64,000 bases of DNA from Bdellovibrionales bacterium (GCA_965199825.1 OZ241329.1:256001-320000); one strand, 5' to 3'; positions 30,419 to 40,909 are shown, counted from the stretch's first letter. Notes: generated by a model not told the origin, from the letters alone. Translations and numbers: made by a program.

Positions 30419-31967
30419 GAATGGGCACAACACCTTTAGCAACGCGAAATCGCACTGCATCGATGGTATGCCCTTTGGAATTTCGAATCTCAAGATGAAA
30501 ATGCCCTTCGCGCGGCTTCCATGCGGTAAACTGTCTGACAGGCGAAAGAGCTTTGCCATTTAAGAACCAATAGGAATTTATTTCGGGCGATCTCACCTGA
30601 AAAAATAGTGGCTTTGGATCGAACGCCAATTCCGAGCGATCGGTGGGATAAATAATTTTTTCGGCCGCAATGCTCTTTGGCATATTTTCGGTGGTCGAAA
30701 TAAAGAATTCATTTTTCAATCGAACCACATTTTTTGGCATTTGGGGCGCAGGACTCTTTAAATATTGATGGAGCCCTTGAGCAATTTTAAGCAAATATTT
30801 TTCATTTAAGCCGCGACTCACCATTGTATACTGTTGAGACATCAACACTTGGGTGTCGATGCCTTTGTAGGTGGCATACCACTGTCGATCAAAATAGCGG
30901 GTCAAAGCATCCAAAATCAAAAAGCTCGCCTCTTCGCTAAATACACTTCTCTTTATCACCTTTGAATCCATTTGCCACTTGAGACCTGAAAGTTCTCCGG
31001 CATGAACAAAGGTACGAAAGGCATTGCCCACATCAACCAGCGAGACTTTATCTTTCAGATTTAAATTTTGCAGAGTATCTAAAAATTGATCCTCGCCAAT
31101 CAGTTCTAAAACTTCGGTGGTGGCGCTAAAGTGATGGGTCTGTAAAGCTTCGCGCGCCGATAGGTTTTCTCTATACTCTGGGCCTAAGGGAGCATCGTGC
31201 AAATTTGTTTTTAGGGTGATCGCCCGTTTATCTAAAGCTGTGGCAAATAGAAAGGGAGCAAACATCTCGTGCAGACTACTTCGCGAAGTCACATCGTTAA
31301 TGGCCGAAAGAATTTCGCCCGTGCGATTATCAATCAAAACAAAGGATTCATTTTTTTTAACAAAGTGTTGAACGTAATTTTGTAGAGGAAGATCAAAAGT
31401 GAGTGTTGCTTTTTGGTTGAGGTCGACATTTTGTCGAAAGGCTTGGGGCATCTGCCGTTTTTTATGGTGACGAAGTGCCGATCTGCGGCCCACTGGATTT
31501 TTTATTAAGGATTGAAGAGTCAGAATATCTTTCGAATTTAAATCCCCCACCGACTTTTCGAAATATTCAAAACTTGCAGCCGAAATTCCCTGGACGCTAG
31601 AGCGGTATTCTACGAGATTGAGGTAGGCCTCAAGAATTTGCTCATTGCTCCAACGCGATTGAATCGCCCGAACCATAAGTCTTTGCGAACGATTGGGATA
31701 AAGAAGCGAGACCAATGCTTCGGCCGACGCATTGACGTCGATCGGAGTTTTAAATTCTTTAAGGCTCGCCCACCCGCGCGTGCGGGTTTTTCCAAACTGC
31801 TCGTCTTGTAAAAGTGGAGTGCCCCTTCGATCGACAAAGGAAGACAGTGGATAGCGAGCTTTGACTTGTTCAAAAGTTAAAAGCTGTTTGCTTAAAACAT
31901 GAAATGAAAAAAAACAACCCGCAGCCAAAACCGAAACCAAAGATGTGAGCACAATTAAAATTCGCAT
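30408..31967 (-). CDS. Penicillin-binding protein 1C-like protein, degenerate
   Basis: TM anchor, DRRGTPL, WSNEQILEAYLNLV..., GISAASFEYF, TFDLPLQ, DNRTGEIL, and a C-terminal KIIYP...WFLNG...W.P..G.F domain. Catalytic motifs are not recognisable. Confidence 0.7.
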   Translation of the reverse strand: MRILIVLTSLVSVLAAGCFFSFHVLSKQLLTFEQVKARYPLSSFVDRRGTPLLQDEQFGKTRTRGWASLKEFKTPIDVNASAEALVSLLYPNRSQRLMVRAIQSRWSNEQILEAYLNLVEYRSSVQGISAASFEYFEKSVGDLNSKDILTLQSLIKNPVGRRSALRHHKKRQMPQAFRQNVDLNQKATLTFDLPLQNYVQHFVKKNESFVLIDNRTGEILSAINDVTSRSSLHEMFAPFLFATALDKRAITLKTNLHDAPLGPEYRENLSAREALQTHHFSATTEVLELIGEDQFLDTLQNLNLKDKVSLVDVGNAFRTFVHAGELSGLKWQMDSKVIKRSVFSEEASFLILDALTRYFDRQWYATYKGIDTQVLMSQQYTMVSRGLNEKYLLKIAQGLHQYLKSPAPQMPKNVVRLKNEFFISTTENMPKSIAAEKIIYPTDRSELAFDPKPLFFQVRSPEINSYWFLNGKALSPVRQFTAWKPREGHFHLEIRNSKGHTIDAVRFRVAKGVVPIHDL

Positions 31968-32063
31968 AAGACCCTTTGCGTTACTTTTATTGTGACTGCA
32001 CATCTGACTGATCGCGAGCGAAATTTTTGTTGTCATTCGTCTGCGCTCTCAGGAACATAAGCC

Positions 32064-33026
32064 ATGAACTATTTAAGCCTTTTTCTCGTCTTAGGACTTG
32101 TCCATTGCGCCCATAAACCAAGCTCAAAAACTCGTGACCAAAGTCCATTTCAATCCGCAGTCGATCAACGAAAGGTCCAAGACTTTTTAACCGCTGCTGC
32201 AAAGGGAAATGTTGATGCAGTAAAAACTTATTTAGCTGCCGGTGGTACTGTGGATGCGGCAAACTCAGGCGGAACAACCGCATTGATGGTCGCCTCTCAC
32301 CGCGGACACGAATCCATTTTAAATCTGTTGGTTGCAAACAAAGCGAACTTAAATTTAGAAGATCACGACAAATCCACAGCGCTTCATTATGCGCTCAGCG
32401 GGGGCCATCCGGCTGCGGTAAAAATTTTGGTCACTGCTGGCGCCCCTCTGAACAAAAGCGATCGCTTTGGTTTAACACCCCTTCATCTCGCCGCCCGATT
32501 TGCAGATCAATCCACTTGCCAACTGTTGATTGATAAGGGAGCCCAAATCACCGCAGACGAAGGATTCGGTTGGACACCTATTTTTTATACCATCGCTCGC
32601 GGTAAGACCGAACTGCTCAATGTATTTTTGAACGCAGGCTCTAAAGTCGATGCGGTGGACTCCGAAGGATCAACCTTGCTGATCGTTGCGGTCGATTATC
32701 ACCAACTCGAAATGGCCAATGCGCTTTTAAAAACTGGTAAGTTGAATGTCGATGCCGCCGACAAGCGAGGCGAGACCGCTTTATTTATGGCAGTCAAAGA
32801 GCGCACCCAACCGATGGTGGAGTTGTTAATACAAAAAGGTGCAACACTCGATAAAGCACGAGTAGACGGGCGCACTCCCCTTTACCAAGCGATCGATCAT
32901 CGCGATCAAAAAGTGGCACGCCTCCTTTTTAAAAAGGGCGCAAGTCTGACTCTCAAAGATCAAAATGGTTTAGACGGCAACGAGTATCTGCTAAAAAAAG
33001 ATTTAAAATTAAGTTGGCTCAAGTAA
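32064..33026 (+). CDS. Ankyrin-repeat protein, probable lipoprotein
   Basis: LGLVHC signal; about 8 repeats with GTTALM, STALH, GLTPLH, GWTPI, GETALF, GRTPLY. Confidence 0.9.
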   Translation: MNYLSLFLVLGLVHCAHKPSSKTRDQSPFQSAVDQRKVQDFLTAAAKGNVDAVKTYLAAGGTVDAANSGGTTALMVASHRGHESILNLLVANKANLNLEDHDKSTALHYALSGGHPAAVKILVTAGAPLNKSDRFGLTPLHLAARFADQSTCQLLIDKGAQITADEGFGWTPIFYTIARGKTELLNVFLNAGSKVDAVDSEGSTLLIVAVDYHQLEMANALLKTGKLNVDAADKRGETALFMAVKERTQPMVELLIQKGATLDKARVDGRTPLYQAIDHRDQKVARLLFKKGASLTLKDQNGLDGNEYLLKKDLKLSWLK

Positions 33027-34467
33027 ATCTTTGGCGAAGGTGATCAAGAAAATATTTTGGATTTAATTGTTCGCCAGTGGCATTAGCGATCAGTTGTTGA
33101 GCCGAATACCTCCGACCCTGACTCCAAATTTTTTGTTTTAAAGCGGCGCCGGTGTTTTGAAACCCCCCTGCCTCGAGTTCTTTTTTATCTAGAAGCCAGT
33201 GCGCCAATTGAGCGGCAATCATCGCCCCTATGGTGTAACTCGGAAAATATCCAAAGAGTCCCGCAGGCCAATGCACATCTTGCATCACTCCATCGCGATA
33301 ATTATTTGTGGTTGAAAGGTTGAGATAGCCTTTCATTTTTTGATCCCATTGATCGGGGAGGTCTTTGCACTCCAAATCTCCGCTAAACAGAGCTTGTTCC
33401 AGCTCGAACCGCAACAGGATATGAAAGGGATAGGTGACCTCATCTGCAGCCACACGAATAAACCCAGGTTTCACCCGTGTTGAAAGAGCATAAAGATTTT
33501 CGACATCTAAACCAGGTCCAGAAAAATGTTTTTGCAATAAGGGCGAAAGAAATTTGGCAAAGCTTTGACTGCGCCCGACCTGCATTTCAAAAAATAAACT
33601 TTGGCTTTCATGAATGCTCATCCCCATCGCATGGCCAAACCCAACAAATTGTTTGGGCAAATTTTGTTCGTACACACCATGACCGGTCTCATGAATGATG
33701 CCCATCAGACTCTCAGAGAAATCATCGGTTTTGTAGCGCGTGGTCATGCGAACATCTTGGCTGACCCCTCCGCAAAAAGGATGGAGCGACACATCGAGCC
33801 GGCCATGATTGAAATCAAAACCAAGAAACTTCATCACCTCAAGCCCAATTGTTTTTTGGGTCTCGATCGCAAAGGGGCCCTGCGGCGTTATAAATTGTTT
33901 TTGTTTGATTTGGGCTTGTTCTAAAATCTGTGGAAGCTCTTGTCTCAGTGGCTCAAACATTTTTTGATAGTATTCGGCACTCCCACCGGTATCCATCTGC
34001 TCGATCAAGGCATCATAAGGCGAACATGAAAGTTCCCGTGCTCGTTGACGAGCCTCTTCACGAGAAAGTTCGACGATCTTTTCTAGATAGGGCAAAAATT
34101 CATCCCAATTATTTTGTGCTCTTAGAGTGCGCCACGCCTGCTCACAACGAAATCGCTCGCGCGTTTGCAGAGCGGTTAGAGCAGGGTCTACCTGGTGCAC
34201 CCGCTTGATCTCACGTCCCATCTCGCGCAAATCAATTTTTTGATCTTCTTCGAGATTTTCAGATTGAGCCTCGGTAAAATGTTCGAGAAGTGCGGGATCA
34301 ATCAGAATCTGATTTTTTATTTTTACGATTTCGGTCAATGCTTCAGCCCGTGCGTCTCCCCCACCCTGCGGCATCATCGCAGCCTCATCCCACTGAAGAA
34401 TCGCCGCCGCATGATTAAGATTTTCGATTTGTTTAAATACCGATTCGAGATGTTTGTAGGATTTCAT
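33019..34467 (-). CDS. M32 family carboxypeptidase
   Basis: HPF, DVRMTTRY, HETGH, HESQS, IRVAADE, QDVHW, YFPSY. Confidence 0.95.
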   Translation of the reverse strand: MKSYKHLESVFKQIENLNHAAAILQWDEAAMMPQGGGDARAEALTEIVKIKNQILIDPALLEHFTEAQSENLEEDQKIDLREMGREIKRVHQVDPALTALQTRERFRCEQAWRTLRAQNNWDEFLPYLEKIVELSREEARQRARELSCSPYDALIEQMDTGGSAEYYQKMFEPLRQELPQILEQAQIKQKQFITPQGPFAIETQKTIGLEVMKFLGFDFNHGRLDVSLHPFCGGVSQDVRMTTRYKTDDFSESLMGIIHETGHGVYEQNLPKQFVGFGHAMGMSIHESQSLFFEMQVGRSQSFAKFLSPLLQKHFSGPGLDVENLYALSTRVKPGFIRVAADEVTYPFHILLRFELEQALFSGDLECKDLPDQWDQKMKGYLNLSTTNNYRDGVMQDVHWPAGLFGYFPSYTIGAMIAAQLAHWLLDKKELEAGGFQNTGAALKQKIWSQGRRYSAQQLIANATGEQLNPKYFLDHLRQRFT

Positions 34468-34530
34468 TTGCTGAGAATAGCATTTTGTTTGTGATTTGGT
34501 AGGTCTGGTGGCGGTGTGTTGGTTTGTTTG

Positions 34531-34901
34531 AATGACAGTGCCCCCGAGGGTTGGTCGTAAAATGAATTCGTTGACTGTATAAATCAATGCCATTGAGTTG
34601 GCTTTATTTACCTGGGGTAGGCTAGGAAACCCATGACTTCAATCTATCTTTCTGAAAGTCTGAATTGCATTGGAGTGATGTTTAGCCCTTACCTGTCCAA
34701 CTGGATTTTTCCCTTCAAACATAAAAGGGATAAGCACATAAAGTATTCCTCGTACAAAGCACAATAATTTTATTCGTCATTCTTAGAAAAATCGGTCAGT
34801 CCTAAAGAAAATGGCATTCAAAAATTGTCTATGGTCCACTATCTCTTTGTAAAAGGAGTGAATCGCCGATTCAGTTTTGAAAGCGCTAATGACAGTGCCC
34901 C
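34531..34901. repeat. Dispersed 14-bp motif AATGACAGTGCCCC, two copies (34531, 34888)
   Basis: Read directly; matches the copies at 43854 and 43908. Confidence 0.85.
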
Positions 34902-35066
34902 ACCATCTTCGAATGTAAACTGAGAGTTTTGAAGATAAAAAATCGAGAATGAACAAGAAGGTTTGATTTAAATAAAAGTGGTTACTAATTACTTATTTTT
35001 TAAAAGAAAACTTAATATACATTGTGTGCACAACCCATCCCTATCATTAAACTTAAGGAATTCTCC

Positions 35067-35738
35067 GTGGCTGAACTGTTATTAATCCTTCATGACTCTA
35101 AATCCTGTACGGGTACGACATGGGAATGGTGTACTCAAAGAGCAATTACAAAACAAATCGTACTTGCATCTCATCTCGCAAAGCACTCCAAAAACTTAAA
35201 CTTCAGAGGCGCGATTTTTTTTGGAGGGGACATGGAAACAAATCAGACAATTCGTTATCCATGGCTTTCGAAGGAAAAAAAATTTATTTCTAAATTGATA
35301 ACAAATAAAAAACACATTTTTGGTTTGTGCTTGGGTGCACAGTTAATCGCAGAACAGCTTCAAGGAAAAATCAATCATTCAAAAAAGTGGGAGCTTGGTT
35401 GGTACAATGTCGAACAATCTCACAAATCGGCGTCAGAAGATCTCTTAACACCTCTCCATTGGCATAGCTCAACATTTGACCTCCCCCCGGGATGTCATAA
35501 GCTTGCAGAGAATAAATTTTGGGCAGTTCAGGGATTTCACTTGGCAAATAAGGTTGTTGGCTACCAATTTCACGCAGAAATTAACCAAAGACGTCTTAAT
35601 CACGCAATTAAGGGATATCGAAAAGGTCTAAACGGTAGCGTACAGACAGCTGAAGAAATTCAATCAACTGCAGCACAATACATGGACATCTTAAAAAACT
35701 GGTATTTTTCGAAGCTCGATGAATGGTGGTATTCCTAA
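35067..35738 (+). CDS. Class I glutamine amidotransferase-like protein
   Basis: GLCLGAQ nucleophile elbow, HWH, QFHAE. Confidence 0.85.
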   Translation: MAELLLILHDSKSCTGTTWEWCTQRAITKQIVLASHLAKHSKNLNFRGAIFFGGDMETNQTIRYPWLSKEKKFISKLITNKKHIFGLCLGAQLIAEQLQGKINHSKKWELGWYNVEQSHKSASEDLLTPLHWHSSTFDLPPGCHKLAENKFWAVQGFHLANKVVGYQFHAEINQRRLNHAIKGYRKGLNGSVQTAEEIQSTAAQYMDILKNWYFSKLDEWWYS

Positions 35739-36047
35739 ATACAAAAAGCTTCATCGTGGATTTTCTCAAAGGCATCAATTCAAGATGTATAATGTTTAGT
35801 CATGCGATCGTATGTAAGTCTGCAGCATAAGGTGTCCGAATCTTAAGCAATGGTTTCTGATTCGTAGGCGCAATCTTGAAAAACTCTATCGATTACATCA
35901 TCAAATGAAATGGGTTAAAGCATTATTTTTGAAGAATAAATTTTTTAGATGAGACTGTATATAGGCAAACTTAAAATAGAGAATACTTTGCGAACGAAGG
36001 TTGAAATTTTCATTATTTGTTTTGCCGTTGACCACATGGAGGACTAA

Positions 36048-36410
36048 TTGCGATTTAAATTTTCCTCGATTATTTTAGCAATTTTAATAACGGTCACGGC
36101 CTCTGCCGCAACTCAAATTGTCAGTAAAAATGAATCTAAAAAGAATGTAGAAATTAAGGCTTCTCCTAAAATACATGAAGTGGAAATCTGTGACGCTTAC
36201 CAAAGCTTGATGCAAGTTGAGAAATTAATTGGACGCGTACGAAACATTAATGAGCAGTCTGGTCCAACTCAAAGACCTGCTTTGTACAACCTCGAACAAT
36301 CGAAGATCAATCTTGAACAACAGCTTCGAGAAAATAAACAAAAATATATTGATGAATTTAAAAAAGATTTTGATGTCACAAACTGTAAAGCCAGCTCTTT
36401 GAAGATCTAG
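36048..36410 (+). CDS. Small secreted hypothetical protein
   Basis: GGAGG RBS, signal peptide ending ...TASA, two Cys. Confidence 0.65.
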   Translation: MRFKFSSIILAILITVTASAATQIVSKNESKKNVEIKASPKIHEVEICDAYQSLMQVEKLIGRVRNINEQSGPTQRPALYNLEQSKINLEQQLRENKQKYIDEFKKDFDVTNCKASSLKI

Positions 36411-36650
36411 GTTAGGGTAAAGGTTTGGCCTCTAATAAGCCAATCAGATAATTTAATTGGTAAACAATAAATTACTGTTGTGCCCGATTAGGTGCTTTCA
36501 AACAAACTGATGATTATCATTTTGATTTGTACTGATTGCTTTCGTTTTCAATCATCCGCATAGCGCAATCAGTATCACTGCTTATTGCTTATTAATTGCA
36601 GAACTACAAAATCCAACAGTATTGCCTTTGCTGATTTGGCAAAATCCGCA

Positions 36651-38660
36651 TCATTTCGATTTCATATTGCACGAACTTTTATTGGCCAAACAACTCAAAG
36701 CTTTTTGCGATTGAGCTGGCTGGCGGACTTGTGTTGCCACATTTGCTCTTTGGTTAATTTGATTCGGAACGTTTTGTAAATGGACTTGCGCCACTTGCTG
36801 AATGGGTTGCTGGATCTGATTTGTATTTAAGGCTGCGGGTGTAGCCTGACTCGTTTGTGCGGGCGCCGCTCCCTTTGCATCATTGTCATGAACGTGCAGA
36901 TAGCGCTCGATATCTGGAGGAAGTTTTCCTTTAAATACTTTTCCTGTTTTGATTTCAACGGGTAGTAGAGGCCGAATAGTTGAGGTCAATATCAGCTCGC
37001 GATCAGGTTCATCGCCTGGCTTCTCGTTCACCATTACAAATTCACCGTTATACCACTTGCGCATATACACTTTATGAAGTCGCTCAAAGATATTTTCTTC
37101 TTTGCTTCCAAGCTCGGGATGATTGAGATTGGAGACAGAAGCCACCGCACGTTTTGGATCTAGTCTGTGGCCTGGAAGATAATCTCTTAAGTCCACGGGT
37201 TTTCCATCTTTGTCGGTACTCATGAAATTACCACCGCCACCGGGACTTCCGTTAACGGGCACGCTACTGACTGTGTATCCGCCACCACCACTTGTGCCGT
37301 TAAGAACATCGGTGTTGTAACCTTGACCGCGACCTTGTCCACCGCGATCAGGCAATCCAAAGTTGGATCCGGCAGAAGCTCCACCCAAAAATTGACCTGA
37401 GTTTGCGGCCACACCTGGGTTGGTGGTCGGAGTCGCTGCACCACCTTGAATATTTTTGGCTGTGCCGTTGCCATCAAGTCCGGCGTTGGCGTTCACGTTT
37501 GCAGCACCAAGGCCCGCACCAAAGTTGGCTTTTGAAGAGAGCGATGACAGGGATCCGTCGCCCAAGCTTTGACCGTTGCTCACAGTTTGAGTTTTACAAA
37601 TGGGGTTGTTGGCATTTTGCGCCTGACCACAGTTGAGGCAGGCAGGATTTGCTTGATTGCTTGGTAAACTACAATCTACGTTAAACACCGCTTGTTTATC
37701 AAGATTTGAGTAGCCTGTGCTTGCTTTTGAAATGTTAGCGCAAAGGCTCGAGAGACTCCCGCCCACTGCACCTTGCATTGCTTGCTTCGACATTTGGGCG
37801 ACTTGTTCGTTGAGTTGTTGGCAACTGCCTGCAGTAGTTGAGGCATCACTCATCGATGTTGTCAGTTTTGCTTTATCATCGGGAGTAAGACCATCCATTT
37901 GATTTTTGTACTGACTTAATTCACACTTGTCCTGACACGAACTTTTCTCGCTATAACAAACACCAGCGAAAGTTGCGTTAGCTCCGGCGCTGCCGTAGCT
38001 GATGTCTTGCATGACATTACAAATTTGTTGAAGTTGTGCGGGATCGCCACCACTTGCACCAAGCATCAGTGTTCCACCGGCTGCAGCAAGCTGAGTAAGT
38101 CCTTGATATGCACTTTGCGCGTCACTTGAGCCAGTCATACAGGCGATAGGATTCGTGCAACAAGTTCTTGCACGTGCAGCTTGTTGGCGACACAAATTTA
38201 AGTCGTTTTGAGCTTGTGCAACGAGGGGACTGGGAGTCGCCGGAGTTGCTGCTGGTTGTTGTGTTTTGTTGGCCTGTTGGTTTGATTGTGATGTAGTCGG
38301 ATCGAATTTTAGGTCGTTTGATCCTGCTCCACCGAAAGAGCTTTCAACGGGTTCGGTATTAGACTTATTTCCCGGTGCTGGTGTTACTCGCCGCTGCGTT
38401 GTTGCCCTGCTTCGTGACGGGGTGTTGCTTCGAGTAGGATGGTAATCAGAATCTTCATCTGAAACGTTAGTACGCGGCTCCGGTCCTAGAGTTCGTTCCT
38501 GGTACGTCGAATTAGATATCGGGGGTATACTGATATTTACATTCGCTGGAGCTGCTGCTGGTTCCCCCGAAAAAGCACCGCCATCTTCAGCGAAGGTCTG
38601 GTGTAGTGGCAAGATTGTGCTGATAAAAAAAATAAACAGTATTCTTGCACAAAATGACAA
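36651..38660 (-). CDS. Large secreted Cys-rich/low-complexity protein
   Basis: Signal peptide, P/S/T-rich linker, Cys-rich helical core, Gly-rich region, Gln-rich tail. Confidence 0.8.
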   Translation of the reverse strand: MSFCARILFIFFISTILPLHQTFAEDGGAFSGEPAAAPANVNISIPPISNSTYQERTLGPEPRTNVSDEDSDYHPTRSNTPSRSRATTQRRVTPAPGNKSNTEPVESSFGGAGSNDLKFDPTTSQSNQQANKTQQPAATPATPSPLVAQAQNDLNLCRQQAARARTCCTNPIACMTGSSDAQSAYQGLTQLAAAGGTLMLGASGGDPAQLQQICNVMQDISYGSAGANATFAGVCYSEKSSCQDKCELSQYKNQMDGLTPDDKAKLTTSMSDASTTAGSCQQLNEQVAQMSKQAMQGAVGGSLSSLCANISKASTGYSNLDKQAVFNVDCSLPSNQANPACLNCGQAQNANNPICKTQTVSNGQSLGDGSLSSLSSKANFGAGLGAANVNANAGLDGNGTAKNIQGGAATPTTNPGVAANSGQFLGGASAGSNFGLPDRGGQGRGQGYNTDVLNGTSGGGGYTVSSVPVNGSPGGGGNFMSTDKDGKPVDLRDYLPGHRLDPKRAVASVSNLNHPELGSKEENIFERLHKVYMRKWYNGEFVMVNEKPGDEPDRELILTSTIRPLLPVEIKTGKVFKGKLPPDIERYLHVHDNDAKGAAPAQTSQATPAALNTNQIQQPIQQVAQVHLQNVPNQINQRANVATQVRQPAQSQKALSCLANKSSCNMKSK

Positions 38661-38785
38661 GATTGCTCCCAGGTAAGAGTAATACTATTTAATCGGCTTA
38701 TTTTGATATGGACTTGACGAATTTCTCGGCTAAAGGCTTAACTCATTCAGCCCACGAATAGTGTTCAGATTTGATACGCTATTGA

Positions 38786-39799
38786 TTAATTTTTTGCGCT
38801 GATGTGCGCCCGCATTTGTTGGGTACAGGCTTTCAGAGTATCGATCATCCCTTGATGTATCTGGATTCCGGAATTGACTGAATTCGATCCTGACCCTTTA
38901 TGAATACCTAATAAGGTTGCTGAATTTCCGTAATCGCAAACCACTGCCCCCCCACTACAAGCCTTTGCTGTATCAACCTTATAGAAGAAATTAAAATTTT
39001 CGTAAGCTTCGTCCATTGTTCCATCACCGAAAAAAAGTCTGCGTCCCGTAATATTCCTATCAACCGCAGAATAATCAGAAAGAGTGCTTCGGTCTTGAGC
39101 GGTACCACACTCAAGACCAGGCGTGAGTGAACATGCCACATGTATCTTTGGACACTGTTTTACTATCCCAATGTCGACAGGTTGCAGTGGGATAGGAGTG
39201 GGTTTTTTATTACATTTAGATTTGTCCACGACCAAGAAAGCGTAATCATTTTTAACCTCAGACAAAGCTCCTGAAGATGTACAAACCGCGAGGACATTCT
39301 GATCTGTACTGCATCCTTCAACGTGAACCTTGAAAAGCGTGGGATCGATTTTCCCCGTCTCGGGATCTATAGTAATGCGCTTTCCATCTTTATCCCTTAA
39401 CCCATGCAAAGCGGTTAGCACCACCCTAGAATTCGAGGCCGAAACACCTGCATCTTCATTGAATATAAATTGACCTGTATCACCGCCTCTAGGCCCGCCT
39501 AAAGCAACTACTCCAGAATATAGCTGATCCTCTTTTGTAGTAGCTTTACGAATATGACACTCGTTTTGAGTGAGAAGACTAACATTTTGTCTTAGGGTAT
39601 CAGAGTTATTTTTTATCACCATATCAGCCTGCGAATTACCACAGCCTTTCTCACCTAGAACGTAATTTCCAATTTTGAAATCTTTGAGCAGAACATCATG
39701 CAACCCCACAATGGAAGAATTCATCGCAGAAGCAAAGACAGGGTTGGATAGTAAATATACAAAAAGATATATCATTCTTGAATGGTTCTTAGTCATTGA
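38786..39799 (-). CDS. Secreted trypsin-like serine protease
   Basis: VLTALHG (His), NDYAFL (Asp), ACSGGAV (Ser), LLGIH. Confidence 0.75.
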   Translation of the reverse strand, partial: SMTKNHSRMIYLFVYLLSNPVFASAMNSSIVGLHDVLLKDFKIGNYVLGEKGCGNSQADMVIKNNSDTLRQNVSLLTQNECHIRKATTKEDQLYSGVVALGGPRGGDTGQFIFNEDAGVSASNSRVVLTALHGLRDKDGKRITIDPETGKIDPTLFKVHVEGCSTDQNVLAVCTSSGALSEVKNDYAFLVVDKSKCNKKPTPIPLQPVDIGIVKQCPKIHVACSLTPGLECGTAQDRSTLSDYSAVDRNITGRRLFFGDGTMDEAYENFNFFYKVDTAKACSGGAVVCDYGNSATLLGIHKGSGSNSVNSGIQIHQGMIDTLKACTQQMRAHISAKN

Positions 39800-39980
39800 T
39801 GACTCCTTAGCAAATAGAAAGCCAAAACACATGCGGCATATGCGACCGATGCTATGCTAATTACGTTCGTCTACCATATTATGCAAATTACCAAATGGGT
39901 AAATCAAAGAGACATCAAAACCTAAAAAATTTAGGCCAATAGTTCAAACTCACCATTCTGCCTATTATTAAATTAATGGC

Positions 39981-40420
39981 CTACCAACTCACCGACTCAT
40001 CCATTTGTTGCGGACTTGGACCTGGGCCCGATGGCTTTGATTTATTCTTTTGGAAAGTCTAAGTTGAATTTGAGATAATGGTTAGACCTTTACCACTTAC
40101 CTGGATTATTCCCTCAAAATATAGATGTGATAATTCTCTAGAACCTCTCTGAATTTCTCATGCACATCTTTAGGTATAATAAAATCTAAATACCCCAGTT
40201 CGTCTTTCATCGTTAGAAAGGCAGTAGATGGTCTTTGGAAAACTGGTTTTACACCAGCAAAAATAACGTTTTCACCTTTTCCTTTTTGTCGGATGTCCGT
40301 AGATCTCAACGGCGGAAGATTTTTATTTTCTTCCCGGATGCCAAGCATGATGTTTCCAATGAGAGAATAAGAAAGTGTTCGATAGTCTGAAACGCCCTCT
40401 TCGTTAATTTCGTAAAGATG
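39981..40420 (-). pseudogene. dnaE2: C-terminal remnant of error-prone DNA polymerase DnaE2 (OB-fold)
   Basis: SDYRTLSYSL...MLGIRE...VIFAGV..FQRPSTA-FLTMKDELG resembles DnaE2 ADY..GLSL / VAG...RQRP.TA..F.TLEDE.G. Continues after a frameshift as EGIIQVSG. No polymerase domain upstream. Confidence 0.7.
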
Positions 40421-40616
40421 GCAGGAACCCTATGCGAACAGTGTTATTGGCAAATACCCGTGAGCGGCATGAAACAGAGAAAATTAATTACTACGCTTCG
40501 AGATTCGATTCCGGTGAAAATGTACACACTCGAAATGTCTGCATTGCTGTTCAAATTTCTCGCCGGCGGTAAATGCTAAGTATCTAATACGAAAATTCTG
40601 TTCTCGGACGTAATTA

Positions 40617-40886
40617 TTAATGTTTAATACGAAAGTGCATTCGCAACATACTGACGACGTGATTTAATTCTTTTAGAGCCGGTTGATCCCAATCCATAGA
40701 ATCAATAATCATGCGGGACAATCTGTCTGAGCTTTGTTGCCGTTTTTCTTCTCGCATTTCAAGTAACTCGCTTTTGATCACGTTCAAGTCTCCAAAGAGC
40801 AGGCCGTCTTGCTTTCGTTTTTTGATGTCATTTTCAACTTGAGTAAGCGCTCGTTCAATCGCTACTTTGATTTCTGCGGGCAGCAC
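40617..40886 (-). CDS. Small helical protein, putative toxin immunity protein (paralog 3)
   Basis: Paralog of 41513-41785 (LP.EI..AI, ELLEM, LS..IIDS.DWDQP.L.EL). Confidence 0.7.
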   Translation of the reverse strand: MLPAEIKVAIERALTQVENDIKKRKQDGLLFGDLNVIKSELLEMREEKRQQSSDRLSRMIIDSMDWDQPALKELNHVVSMLRMHFRIKH

Positions 40887-40909
40887 TATTTAATCCTTAT
40901 TTTTGAAAG

